A stretch of DNA of 64,000 nucleotides from contig JAQGDQ010000094.1 of NCBI GenBank assembly GCA_030141605.1, positions 1 to 64,000 on the forward strand, written 5' to 3'. The DNA comes from Tubiluchus corallicola. Its lineage: Eukaryota; Animalia; Priapulida. This document shows, piece by piece, positions 26,071-40,129 of the stretch (the first letter of the stretch is position 1; each line of letters opens with the position of its first letter). The position numbers and the translations under genes are program-made. A model generated the notes under the pieces. That model saw nothing but the letters and a program-made list of their open reading frames with translations. It was not told where the DNA came from and did not search any database.

Positions 26071-27399
26071 TGTAGGTAGTAAACTATAATGAAACCCCAT
26101 CATTACTGAAAACATTTGGAGATGTCGCTAATTGTGACGCATACTTTATATATTTGGTATGGGGACAAACCATTTACTATAGAAGGTAACGAACAGGATT
26201 TCTCGGATGTCTTTACATACCACTATCTATAAGTATGCTGGCGTGTAATTCCGTTCGATTCAGCACATAGAATGGTCATTGGCTGGTGTGTTTTGCAGCA
26301 TCAGCACCTGTTCCGTAATCATAGTCAGCACGAAGAACGAGAAACAGGTTTTCTGGTAATTTAATTTTACTTTTTGGTTTTCCTAGATTCATTTCTAAAG
26401 CCATTTTCACAACACTAGATTCTAGCATTCAGTTTGTGATACCAGCAGCACTTTGGATTTAAACCTGGGCCCGGATTCACGTTTGTTTGTTTGTTTACTT
26501 AATATGTAATCATTATTAAAAATATAAAGAGTATAAAAATATAAAAATATGTAATTTTTTTACAAGAAAATATAAAATATGAAGGCAGGATAACATGTAT
26601 ATACAGTGCAGATATAAATTTTACAGATAAATGGACTAGTTAAAGGATTATGGATAAAAGAACAAAATTGTAATTGACAGTTGAGTGACTTATCTTCAGT
26701 AATACCTAACAATTTTTTTCAGTTTTGAGTCACTCTCTGTTTTTTTGTCTATTTTTAGCACTTTCAGACTTAGTTTGATATAAACAACGGGGTGAATCAG
26801 GACAGCATGCTATGCACGTATAAACGACCGCCTGTTGCGGTACAATACAATAAAACAACACAAGAACAACACAATACAATGAGCAAATTTTGGGAGCTAC
26901 AGCCCATCCTAAAATGTTGGGTTTAGTTCTAAGACATGAGGTCAATTGGACAGAATGGCGAATTTTGGTGTTTGATTGGTATGGAACAGATTGTGCTATC
27001 TATGAGCAAATGCTGTCTAACCAAGCTTTGTAAATTCATCCTAGATATCAAAGTAACTGATTTTAAAACGGGTTTTAGTTTTTTCGAAACGTAAGTTGTG
27101 TCCGTTTTCAACTCATATAATGCAAAATAGGTACAAGGACTAAAAGTAAGGCGTCTATATTCACCCCAAAATGCGGGGCTAATACGGACACTAGCTCTTG
27201 GGGTAATAACCCAAACTGTCGCAAGTTTTTACTGTAACATACGGTGTTTGGCAGGTTGGCGTTTTGTCTCCCTACCTTTTTAATGTGTATGTAGACGACC
27301 TTAGTTCTAAGCGGACGCATTTCGGTCTTGGTTGTGAGATTGGTAATTTCAGTAAAAACATTTATTTTATGCCGATGACATTGTACATCTTGCACCATG

Positions 27400-28020
27400 T
27401 GGTGCTGCTCTGTAATGACTAATTGACTGTGCGAATTTTGCTAATTCTCATGGCATTGTATTTAGTACAACAAAGACCAAATACATCAAATGCTTATAAA
27501 ATATGGTAAATTCTGCAAACCCTACATTCGGCCCATAATTTGGCTTATTGGTTCTTCTCTTAAATATTGTAATTCTTGTGATTATTTAGGTTATGTATTC
27601 ACTAGTGATCTACGTGATGATGAGGCTGTGAAAGCGCAGTTAAAATGTCTTAGAGCAAATACTTTTCTGGTTAAGTTCTCTAAATGTTGTGCAAATACTA
27701 AAATAATGATGTTTAAATAGTATACATGTCAATTTTGAGCATGTGCCATATGGTGCAATTTTTTCCAATGCAACTGCACAATTTTAATAGTGGCTCACAA
27801 TAACGCATTTAATTCGTGGGCTCTTCAATATTTTGAAAGCTGTAGTATAAGTGAAAAAATGTAAATTTTGATGTTCCTAACTGTGATGTTATTACACGAA
27901 AAATAACAGGATCCTTTATAAATGGATTGGCAGAACTACCTAATGATATAATTGATAAATCATAATACAGTTATATGGACGAATTGGTGCAAACTATGTT
28001 TTACACTATAAGATCAACAT
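27400..28020 (+). mobile_element. Decayed LINE 3' region (RT thumb and C-terminus)
   Basis: Motifs HGIVFSTTKTK, YLGYVFTSDLRDDE and KIMMFK, with stops. Confidence 0.6.
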
Positions 28021-28734
28021 CTTTTATCATTTTAAAGGCAACTTTTATTGGGTTTAATGCTTCTGGGTCTTGTATTTTTAATGATCTGTCTTGTGTATTT
28101 ATGTTTTGTGTCTCTGTGCGTATGTATGTATATATGTAAATATTTTAGTAGTTTCTATCGCAATTTTATAGTATAGGTCGCTGTTTTTTAATTTTTGTAC
28201 AATGCTATGTACTTCTAAATGTAAGAGATAAATTTAAAATATATAAAATAAAATAAAAAACAATGTACGATTTTTTGCCATAAGAACAATACCTTTAAAA
28301 GATAGACTGTGTATTTGGCCATATAGCTACCAAACACGATTTGGAATCAAAACTAACAAAAAGTTACGCCAATTTGAATGTAAAAATTGTCTCCCTTCAC
28401 CCCGTTTAATTGTATTTAACTTTTAATATCCAAAAAGCTTTTCGGTCATAACTCAAAAACCATTAACACTATAAACAAGTAACTTTCGCGCCCAAAAGTC
28501 AATGTATTGTCATGACAAGTGCGAAATTTCAACTTTGTAACGCAATAGACTTATTTCTTTTAGTATTAATATTCCGAGGATTCTTGAGGAAATTTTAACT
28601 GCAGAGACTTCGTGACGTGTTTACCTTACAAGCAAACTATCATGAATCTGGCTTTTCTTTATGTATTTTGTATATCTTTTGTATTTAAAAAAATTAAATT
28701 AAACGTAATCGAAATCGACGTCCTTTTTACTTAC

Positions 28735-28830
28735 CTGCCTCTTATGTTCAAAAAAATAATTATCGATGATTACTCTATGATCAGGAAGTTGTCTTTCAGC
28801 AGCAAGAAGAGTTTCTGACTGGTGCATCAT
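28735..28830 (-). CDS. PRD-class homeobox gene (CG11294-like), probable first coding exon
   Basis: ATG at 28830 gives MMHQSETLLAAERQLPDHRVIIDNYFFEHKRQ, followed by a perfect CAG|gtaagt donor. It joins in phase 0 to give KRQ|RRNRTTF. Confidence 0.8.
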
Positions 28831-29559
28831 CTGCGGTTTCTTACCTATCTAGTATAGATATTGATTAAAATTAGTTACATAACCAAATTTCACTGCAACA
28901 ATTGTAGCATGGTAACAACAAATCTAACAAAAAATTAATTTAACTAATAAGCTAGCTAAAATGACAGTACAATAAGATCAAATAATTTTCATCTTGCACC
29001 ACGTTATAGCTGAAAACCGCGTACATTTGCAGGTAGAAAATGCACCTGTTTAAAGATGGTAACGAAACTTTTAGATAACAGTACATGCGCATAGGTGACT
29101 AACGGCGTCTCTCAGTTTGGCTGAAGCCAGAAGCACCACTTAGATTAATTAAGCCTGGCGAAGTGAAAATATATTAGCGATTCGCTAGATAAGATAGGAG
29201 CTTTTAATTTGTACAATTAGCAAATAGCTAAACTAAAAATAGTAATGCATTACTTTCCGTAGCTAATAAAGAAAATAAAACACGAATGGAAAAATAATTC
29301 TAGGTTCAAATTATGGAACACTCAAAATTTTTCAGTAACTTTTTTTCAGTTAATTATCTGTTAGGTTAATTGCTGTGAGTGTGCTGTTTTTCTTTAGTGT
29401 TTTGGAGATCCTACAGAACGGTGCATATGGTTGAGTCAACTACTCCCTCTGTTGAATATATTTAAAAGTGTTTAGAAACATCTCCCTAGCTATGGATAGG
29501 TGGCTCTGATTAATTGTGTTTCACCGGGATGGAAATTCAGACCAGTTCTGTTAGGTAGA

Positions 29560-29820
29560 TCTAATAGTTCAAATGGTAGCATGACAGTCTGGGTTCGAAT
29601 CCTGGTTGGTCAACAATTTTTCAGTGCCCCGTTCTTCAATTAACTTGCCATTAGGCTAACGGCTGAAAATATAATGCTTGTCTTAATGGATACACTATAG
29701 AAAGAGGCTGAGACTCTTTCTATAAGATACTCTCGTTGGTGTAGTGTGTGTGCGTGAGCGCGCGCGTGTGTGTGCATGTGTGTGCGCGCGTGTGTGTGCA
29801 CACGTGCACATGTGTGTGGC
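29560..29820 (+). mobile_element. tRNA-derived SINE-like remnant with a (GT/GC)n tail
   Basis: An A-box-like tagttcaaatggtagc and a B-box ggttcgaatcc are present, but there is no complete cloverleaf. A microsatellite follows at 29745-29818. Confidence 0.5.
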
Positions 29821-32596
29821 TTGGGCTAACTGGTAAAGCAGACAAGTTCTAGGCTCGAATCTTGTTTGGTCCAAAATTTTTTAGTGTCTCTTTCTTCAAT
29901 TAATTCTCTTGTCGTTGAACCTCTTAAGCAATTTTGTTTTACTCGTTTCTCTACTCTCCAGCTAAACAATTCCTCGTTTTCTGCTTTAGCACTACCCTTT
30001 TCGGTAGATTTTCTAAATGTTCGAAAATTAACTGATTTCTTATACGATTTATTCTTAGTCCCTAGTGTCATTTTTATTTTCTCGAACAGTCTGTTCAGTC
30101 AGCAGTAATTAATGGCATCCACTTTGCTTATAAGTAAGATGATCTGCGTTGTTTACGAAAAACAGCATTAAGTTAATGAAACCGCTTTATAGCTATTACA
30201 CGGTGTTATATCGGTCAGACGATGAATGTTTAAGTGCAACAACACACAAGTAAAAGATAATTAGTAGCAGCTTCACGTAATTGTCCATTAACAAAACAAA
30301 GTCGTTTTTAGTTGTCTTCTGTTGTCGTCGTCACTATCGCAGCTGTTGTTGTGTAGTTTTGCAGACATCATCTGCTTCCTCAATTGGACTAATGTGATAA
30401 TATTCTAAGCTTTAAGATAAAGTTGAAATTTGAAAAGTTTCTACAACCTCTGCAGTTTACACGAGTAATATTGCAATGATTGCGATTTTGTCATTTTTAT
30501 ATATGTATATAATATACTATACAAGTAAATCGTATACAAATAAATATATATGCAAATTCTTAATTTACCAATATATTAAAATTGCGAGTCTCAGACACAT
30601 GACATGTTAAAATAACACCACTGGTTAACATAAGACAGTGTAAAGTAATCCAATTGCTAAACTAACAGTAGGACAGATAACTGAACAATTGTGCAAAAAT
30701 GATAAAAGCATGAAATTTCCCACAGTATAACTGCAAACCAAATTGTATCATTTTCAGATAGGGAACAACCTTGGGGGATGCTTCTGGTGACCTTGAGTGA
30801 TCTTCGACTTCAAGGTCACGGTCACTCATCTTACTAGGGGAGAGAGCACCTCTCTCATAACCGTTATCATTTATATTATCCTAGAAACATAATGAAAACC
30901 ACATAAACATCTTTAATTATAGTTTTCAAGATGACATTTTCTCAGGATCAAGGTCAAAGTCAAGGTCATCTTGATAATACCATTTTGTATTGTTGATAAG
31001 CTTGCCGTTTTAGCAAAGAAACGTATTTGCATTATCATATTACTTTATCTGGTATTATTTTATGTAATAAAACACAAGTAACACAACATTCTTTTGGGAT
31101 CCCATCGTGAAATTGCAGCAAAGAATCGAAAATTCTAAGAGTTAATAGAGATGACAAACTAGCTTTTACGTAGCCTTACTCTCAGTTTCTGTAGAAAATC
31201 ATCTAAACAAATTTAAACACCCAGTAGTACTTAGATTTGTTCCTTAATGGAATCACTTTAGTGAAGTAAAATTTGAAGCAATGGTCACGTCAGAACGCTG
31301 CTAATAGCTAACGTCTTACCAGCTGAAGGTGGACCAATGCCCAAAACAAAGTTCGAAATTGGCATGTTCTCTCTGTAAAAACAACGAATTTTTTGAAATG
31401 TTTTACAAGTTTTGAAGTTCTGTAATTTCATTAAATTGGAAGTGAAATTATAAAACAATTACATCCAGGTGTTTATTTAAAAGGTTTAATAATTGTTTTA
31501 CGATCAAAGTTTAACTTAAAGAAAAGTGGTAAAAAAGGTTTTGTAACACCTAAAAATATTTCTCCTAACGTTGTATGAAAATTTCAAAAACACATTTCTT
31601 TTAAGGAAAGCCTACAACCAGATTACTTATTTCGCGTTATGATTTGCTCTAAGAAAATGGGTTACACGCACTATAATCATGAGTCATAACAAATGAAAGA
31701 TGTAATATGTATTGAATCACACACAATAAATAAATTATCCCTTTGTCTGACGGCGACGTATCTGGTATTACACAACGTATTAATAAATAAGTGTCACTGT
31801 CTATGAGAATGTCTAACCAGCAAACATATTGTATCATTGCGAGAAGTCTTACAGCTAAGACACAATCGCATTGACCTGAGCCAAGCCTTTCTTTTAAGAG
31901 TGTAATTTTAACGGTCAGGAGCTAGGTCTTATATACACCGTGAAACTCACGTCGGCCATCCAAAAGGCATCAACAGTCATTATCACTTAAAAAATACCAA
32001 CAAGCAAATAACTTTTATTGTACTATTTCTTATTTTAATGTAGGAACGTTTAATTTAGTCTAAATCAGGTGACTTCGTGGCCACCCATAATTAAGTATTT
32101 TATTCGAATGACGAAAATGACGTATTCTATTCATCGTAAGCGTATTTTATATCAAATTTTTGTTATTTATTTATTATTGTTTAACGTATTTATTTTTATG
32201 CTTTATCTTTACTTATATTTACCAATATAAACAGAGTATTGTATGTATGGATTTTTTATTGCAAGCAAACTTAACATTAGATAGACAGATAAAATCTTTA
32301 TTTGTCAATTAAAAAACTTATGTATACAAAGTAAACAATACATTGCACATGAGAAATGTATACTGCGTTCCGGAGCAGCATACCATTCAATCAAATTTAG
32401 TGTATGGAACTAACTGAATATTGGCATATCATCTACAACTAATAAAATGGAAAAAGAACTGCAATTTTATAAAATTACGGATAACAAATGTAACTAATAA
32501 AACTTCGAAACGTAGGTTATTTAATATTCACAAAATTTACATATTTACAAAAATTAAGAGAATACTAAGGTATCCCTTAAATTAAACTAAATTAAA

Positions 32597-32663
32597 CAAT
32601 AGCAGCAGCAACGGGAGCAAGAGCAACAGAAACAACAGCAACAGCAACAGCATCAACAACAGC

Positions 32664-32713
<50 letters not shown>

Positions 32714-32714
32714 C
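32597..32714. repeat. (CAA)n/(CAG)n microsatellite
   Basis: Seen directly. Confidence 0.97.
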
Positions 32715-33361
32715 TTTTCCCGTTCTACGTGACTTCATAGTCGCAAACTCAAAATAAATGATAGCCGTTTTGTCCTTTATGAAAAATATCTTGAAGATTT
32801 TTTTGAAAGATTTTGCAGTAGGATACGTTGAAAGAACATCTTTCACGGATCTCAATCTATATCTGTTCTATGCGACTGCTTGCATCATTTGATTGGTTGG
32901 GATTGACAGGTAGACTTTTGAAAGAGTTATTTAATATCAAGGCAGATTAATCAGTTGTTCATACAATGGCGGCAAAAAAGTTTATAGAAACATGTCGTGT
33001 TAATTATTAGCTTTTACAAAAGGCGCAAACTTGATGGAATGAGTTAATGATAGAGCAATTCTAAAACGAAAGTTGTTAGCCCAGGTGCAATAATTATTCC
33101 AAAAAGCATGATTAAAAATATAGAGTGGAGTGTAAAGATTGATTGAGAGAGGCAAGACAATTTTTGATTGGTTTGTCCGTCAATTGATTTGGTCGGTTAA
33201 TCAGTTGGTCGGTAAGTTAGTTCGTTAGCTGCAGGACTGTGTTTCAGTTAATCTCTGTTTTATGGATCAGAGTATCTTGATTTTGAGCAATTGTTAAAAG
33301 CACGGTATGATAAAAAACCAAAGTAATCTAAAATAAAATGCATGAAAGAGCCAGTCTCTAG

Positions 33362-33530
33362 GAATTAACATGCTTTTTTAAGGCAGACAACCGTTTCGAC
33401 AGTATTAGTTTAGCTAGTCAGTGATTAGTAATGTCATGATTGTACTGATTATTAGTTTTCACTTAATTTATAGCATTGAAAATGACAGATGCTGTTGAAA
33501 CAATCGTCTGCGCTAATAAACAACATGTTA
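33362..33530 (+). mobile_element. Penelope-like terminal remnant: decayed hammerhead motif (33471-33515) plus a partial inverted copy (33362-33402)
   Basis: tagca-TTGAAAA-t-gacag atg ctgtt-GAAA-caatcgtc-tgcgcta-ataaa. The upstream reverse complement reads ctgtcgaaacggttgtctgcc...catgttaa. A related copy lies at 7090-7145. Confidence 0.5.
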
Positions 33531-33699
33531 AAGAAAAACAATTTCACACAAAATCATCTTGACAGTTGAACAAATGACAGTCGCTCAAAAATGATCTTAG
33601 AATCGCGAGGGTCGCAGAAAGGTTGAGTTGCAAGTGGGAGAAATGTAAAAGTTTGTTTCGAAAATCTCTCTGTCTAGTGCAGTAACGTCAGAAGTCTTG

Positions 33700-35580
33700 G
33701 CTATAAACTGCACAAATTGCAAGTTCCCTTTGGTATTAAATGACTATGATATTCTACCATTCAGCGAAATATGGTTAACAGAGGATTTTACCTCATACAT
33801 GATCCGCTGAGGCTTCCGTGTACAATGTCTTCAGACGGAGACAGTAGAAGGGGAGGCAAGCTTTTCTTGTGAAGTCGGACTTACCTGTATTTACCCTGTT
33901 TGTAAGACAGAGACAGTAGAGGGGAGGTATAGCCTTCCTTGTGAAGCCGGACTTATCACGATAAAAAGCGCCTTTCGTTTTGAAACAGAAAATCTTCAGC
34001 ACAGGCCCAACAAGCTTATTACAAAGAAAATCAGCGATTTATTAGAGCTACCAAAAATTTAAAACGAAACTGAAAATTTTGTACAATTGAGATAATAACA
34101 AGTGTTTTAATTACGTATGAAAATTAAGACACAATGACAATGGGATGTTGCCTAAATTACGCGATGAAAATGACGTGTTAGTTACAGATAAATTAATGTC
34201 GCCAAGACTAATATATAATTACGACGGCGAAGTGCCATTTAATTTCACCCCAACCCCACACCGTGGTGGTTCGATCCATTACGAAGCCATTGCATATCAG
34301 CGTTGCATAGCAGCTATAAGCAGCTGATATGGAATGACCGCGGCGGTTCGACTGGCTGACCGACAGGTGTGTTTAACATCTCAGCACCTGTTCTGTAGAA
34401 CTAGCATGGAACACAGAGGATTCTGGCAGGTTATTCTATAAAAATAATCTGCTTCTCTAATGTTGTTCTATAATTTGAAATGAACTACAGTGAATCAGCA
34501 ACATCAACTCATCATTACAATATTAATTCAATGTTATGCCAATAATTTTTCCGCTGATGACGGCATTTCACATTTTTACAAAGTAAAGTACAGCAAAATG
34601 AGGTGACTGGGTTTGTTAATTTTTTGCCTGCAACAGTCAAAGAGCTGCAAAAAAAACTGAAGCTTAAAAAGAGTCGAACAGCAGACAGTGTTCTAGCCGC
34701 TGTCTTCAATAAAAGACTTGCTGATGTTTTATGCTTACATTTGATAATGATTTTCGAGGCATCCTTTAGGAAAGGGTATATACCGTATATATTTAAACTC
34801 GCAGATGTGATACCGATTTTCAAAAAAAGGAAATTGTTCCGACCCTAATAACTATCGTCCAGTCCAGTCTCATTCAATTGCGTTGCTTCTCAAATTATCG
34901 AATCAATAATAGCCGATACTGAAAAGACATAATGAAGTACTAAAGAGACAAAAAACTTCTGTCTCGTGAACAACATGGGTTGTTGTCTATAAAGCCAACT
35001 TGCAGACATAGTCTAAAGTGTTTGTATCACCTTAGTGTAGCTCTTGATGTGCATAAAAAGTCGAATATCATCTATACAAATTTTCATAAAGCATTTGATA
35101 CTGTTTGCCACAGAACACTCATACTGAAGCTACGATCGTTTGGCGTAAAAAGCCAAGTGCTCGAATGGATCAAAGCATTCCTGGCAGGCCGTGAACAAAA
35201 GGTCGTCAAAGGTAATGCTTAGTCGTAATTTTAGTTATGTATTTTACTTCTTATGTAGACTTAAGTTACTAGGTTTAGAATCTCTTGAATAAAGACATCT
35301 AAAAACGACTTAGTCATGTATTATAATATCATACGCAAAGAAGTAGATTTAGACTCTGACATGTTTTTTAGCCGTGCAATAACTGATAACACTAGACGGA
35401 ATCATCCTCTAAAATTATAGGTGCGACGTGTTTCCAAAACAAATTTTACCTTTTTCTTCTCAAATCGTGTGGAATTCCCTACCACTACATGTAAATGGAC
35501 ATTCTTCGGTAACTGCTAGAATTATTATTACCAAATTATTCCAGAAACGTTTAAATTTTGTGGATTTAAATCAGTATTAA
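33700..35580 (+). mobile_element. Fragmented CR1-group LINE
   Basis: Motifs KLADVIPIFKK, NYRP, IYTNFHKAFDTVCHRTLILKLRSFGV and FSNRV-WNSLP. Confidence 0.8.
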
Positions 35581-36464
35581 AGTATTATGATAGGTACATG
35601 ACTATTTTTATTGACTGACAATAATTTAGTGTTTTTATTTATTTTATTGCAATATTTTATGGGTGTCAAATAAATTAAACCAAAATAAAGTAAATAAGTT
35701 CTAGCTTCGTAAAGATTTGTTACTGCGTCGGCGTAGGCTTGCAGCCCATGTCCCCTTTGTTGTACATGAATAGTGAATACCGGCATTTCACTGATGAAAA
35801 CACACAACTTGTTTACTTGATTACATTTTAAAGCAACAATAGAAGTGTGAGTAACGTTTAATATATCGGTTTTGTGTATTCTCATATTGCCTTCGGGGCG
35901 GAGAGCTACTGGAGAGAAACAGCAACAGTTTTGCCTTGCATGCTTTTATTGCGTTCCCTATTATCAACAACAATTACGCAGAAATGTAATTTGTCTCCAG
36001 GTAATCAGATCTAGCGACGTTGCTTATGTTCAATAATGAAAGTAACTTGCAAAGTCTCCAGTAGCACATTTTGCTTATACGACAAATTAAGCTGGACAAA
36101 ACGTACAGTCACTAACAATTTGAAATGGTGTTTGTATGATCGATTTAAGGATTTTCACTATTCACGTGTTCATGCTAATTGTCCATAATTTTTATTAATT
36201 TTTAGATCAACATTTTTACTGTACTCCTTAAGTTAGTAGGTTTGAAATTTTGTGCGCCTTTTTAGTTTTGTTAGGCGCTAGATGCAATGTCACGTTTTAA
36301 CCTTTTATATTTAAATGCGTGTTTTATTAACATTGCAAATACAAAATAACGGAAATGATAAAAATGACTACGCCTATTTACCTGGTAGCGATAGTAATAC
36401 AGGTTAACAGATAGTAAGTACACACATAATCCGCCATCGTCGTCGGTTTTTTTCTTAAGAACAA

Positions 36465-36548
36465 CACACGCACGCACACACATACACACGCATGCGCGCA
36501 CACATATACACCCTCACGCACGCACGCACGCGCGCATACACACATACA
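36465..36548. repeat. (CA)/(CACG) microsatellite
   Basis: Seen directly. Confidence 0.9.
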
Positions 36549-36899
36549 AAACCCTCATAGTGAGACATTCGATTGAAATAAAATACAGCGAGGTTTGAAA
36601 TCGCTTAATGTTGCAAATTGCGAACGCTGTGTTTAATACTGTGAAGCGATATAAAATTTAAAGATAAATTATTTTAAGCTTTAGTTATGGAGAGTATTTT
36701 CTTGTACTTTAAGGTAGAAGTTTTGCAAAGATTTAGTAGCGCGAAAAGGCAATACGGGAAAAGGTGAAAGTTAATGTAGAAGGTTGGGCAACGTTGAAGA
36801 GGTTAAGCAGTTTTACTTATTTATTATTTATTTATTTATTTAATGCGTAATCTTTATTTAAAACAAACATATTTAAATAAAGAATATTTATAAGAAAGT

Positions 36900-39330
36900 A
36901 TAAAATATGAAAGCAGGATAAAACGTACATGCAGCACAGAATACAATTTTACAGATAAAAGGGCTAGTTAAAAGATTGCGGATAAAAGCATACAGAGCCA
37001 AGGCTAAATGCAAGTGCCTGTTAAAAGATAAATGATTACCGAGATTTAGAGCTTTAAAACGGTTTTTAAAAAATTTGCTGCTCTGAGCACAGACCAAGGG
37101 GGCATTACCGATAGACTCTGGAAGTTCATTCCAGATTTTAATTATTCTGTTAGAGTAAAAGTTTTTGAAACAATTAAGTTGACAGTAAATGGTTTGTAAC
37201 TTTAAGAGGCGACCCCTTGTTACATTAGAAAAAGGTGCTTTGCTAAAATGTGCATCTTTGTCTATAGCAAGCACTGCCTCCATGTAATGTCGAATAGCAC
37301 ATTGTCAAATCACAGTGTATTCTACGAAGTTCAAGAGGTTCAGGATTTAAAAATGCTAATCGGCCAGGGCGTGATATGCTAGACTAATAGACATGTTTAT
37401 CAGGAATGGCAAAGCATCGAAACAGCATGTTTAACTTTTTTACATATGTTAATGCAATGCGTTGAAAATTTTAGATCTTTACTAATGGTTACACCCAAGT
37501 CCTTAACTTGGTCCGCGGAAGACAGAATCACACCATTCTTCATATAATCGTTACATGGATTTCTTGACCTAATACGCAAAACAGCGCATTTGTTAACAGA
37601 AATAGGACGTTGACACTTTCGTGCCCATACAGCTATTTGGTCTCCAGCATATTGAACTGAACAGGTGTCTTTATAATTATATAACTTGGTGTCATCTGCT
37701 TACATTTTACAACTTGCACTGCCGATCATATCAGATATATGGTTGACTAGAATGACAAACAACAGTGGACTAATAACACTGTTTTGGGGGACGCCTGAAG
37801 AGACAGGGAATTAATCGCTTGAGGCATCACCCACAACAGCCTTTAATCCATTTACAGAGCAAACCACTAATAGCATTAGCTTTCAATTTCAATTTCTGCG
37901 TAGTTGGATCAAGGCAACCACTGAGGCACAGATGACAGCTCATATTAGGAACCGGACTTGGCCAATTATTGGACCTTATAGATTGGCCAGTCCCAGAGTT
38001 AAGTGATTTTACATATAATATTTTCTTAGTAGTACATGGATAATTGTATTCGATTATTTGTAGTAGTGTACTTTGTTAAATGCAGTTTAAAGTAGCAGTT
38101 GTTAAAAAACTGAGATGGAATTTTGATGAACCCAATTGAGCAGCAAATTATTGACGCGATTCGCTGTAATCTAATATTATATCGTATTGTGAACCGAGTT
38201 GGATTGTAATTGCTGATGATGTTTGATATTTTGGAATTCTGTTAAACCAATAAATTCTGCTTACAACTGTTAATGAAAGTGTAAGCGTTAACTATAATCG
38301 AAAATGCTCTTAAAGGCTATAGCAATTCTGTAACTAATGCACTATCTGTTTCTCAAACTGGGCGCCGAACCTTCTCACACTTATTGTGGAGCCTAGCTGG
38401 AAACTAGAGAGATAAGTATCTATTTCACAGTGGGTATTTCGTTCAACATCGATCTGGGATTCATCATTACCGTTTCGACCAAGCCTAACCTCTCGTAGTC
38501 GAGGATTAAATTAAATGCCTAATTAGCAGGCTGTACTACCATTGTATAACAATAGAGTTTTTATCATTTAAAGCAACAGTCTAATCATAAATCGACTCTC
38601 AAGTGCTAAAAGACTGTGCAACGATAAACGTAGCCATGTAACATCAATAAGCTGCTTAAAAACAATTGACTGGTAAAACGTCGCGTGTGCGACTTGTTTT
38701 ACATTTTAACTTTTGTATGCCTGGTGAAACTGACAGAGTCTCAGCAAGACTCTCAGCAAGAAATTCCAGTAATAGTTTTGGGTTCAATGGTTGCAGCTTC
38801 TCCGTTGCCCACAGTTAAAAAAGTCGCTAAAACATTTGTTAAACAGTGATGCTTTTTCAAAATCAGACGTGACAAAATTGCCGGTTCGGTCTCTCAGAGG
38901 TGCTATACGATTACCATTGTACCATTGATGACGAATATATTTAAATAACTTATTTTTGTCACCTGAAACTAGTATTTTGCGTTCGCGGGCATTTGCTAAG
39001 CGACACGTTTGTTCCTTAAACATCGCATTCAAAGCAGCATATTCCCAAACATCGGACTGATTGGTTAGAGCCAAATGCCCAACCAACTTGTGCAAGGCCA
39101 CGCTTAATTACAGAACAGTTTTTGTAATCAGGCACACAACAAAGACCTGATTTTATTCTGCCAGGCTCAGTGCATTTAAACACGATAGCCGTATGATCGG
39201 ATGTAAGGATTGGGTCACATATATTTACATCAAATACTAAAGTTTCGTATGTGCAAAATGAAAGATCTAGGATGTTACATGTTCCAGTAACCGTATCTGT
39301 GCACGTTGGTTCAAGGACAAGTTGTTCCAT
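36900..39330 (-). mobile_element. Decayed CR1-group LINE ORF2 (endonuclease end, RT, C-terminus), interrupted at ~37850-38560
   Basis: Motifs QLVLEPT..NILDL..SDH (39016-39330), SGVPQNSVISPLLFVILVN, M*ADDTKLY, KDLGV and FYSNRIIKIWNELP. Confidence 0.88.
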
Positions 39331-40129
39331 CCTTAAATTAGTGACAGTTGTTGAGTTCGGTTTTCCGAATCACACATTTTTTATTCAAAATTTCATTTTA
39401 AGTTTACACACCAGAAGCGTGTGTGTTGTTTGTTTTTTTATCTTGCAGCAACTCGGTTCATTTCTAAATTTATCTTGTCCTCTCAACCTGGGTTCTTCCA
39501 CAACAAAGATAGTCGTTGAATTAAATCTCATTTTCATTCTAAGTTTTGATAACGAGTTTGCTTGGTTTTAAAATGAGATGTGTTCACCAGCTTTGATTTA
39601 GACCCATATAATAAGCAAGATTTTTTATTTTTTTATTTTGTCAGATTTCACAGGCGTCGGATCTGTTCACCTGTGTGTTGCCTTTTGACTCGAGTCAAAC
39701 CTGCCTACTCCAAATTCTTCCGTAAAGATACGGCATCCGTCAATTCCGTGGGAACTGGATTTCTACTGAATTGTGTTTCGACTAGAATCAAGCAAAAAAT
39801 AGAAGATAGTATGAGAGGGAGGGAGATTATTGATATTATTATTATTATTATTATCATTATAATTCTTCTATTGCCTCTATTTGTAGGTACAATTCGTTAG
39901 AGCATGGTTTACATTATCAACATACATAATATGACACGAAAATTTTTAACACGTGTTAATAATGATGCTAGTTCTGCGCGGCGTCATATTTAAAATCTTT
40001 GCTAGTATAAAACACTATTCGTAAGATAATTTACAATATTTACAAGAAAAAATATTTAGAAGTGAATCATTGCAGATTCATTATAAATGGACCATTAACT
40101 AATGTGACAAAATTCTGTTTTGATTTTTC

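Noticed and set aside
29560-29615. Possible tRNA gene
   Set aside because: A- and B-box-like motifs are present, but the anticodon arm is missing and there is no cloverleaf, so it is treated as a SINE head.
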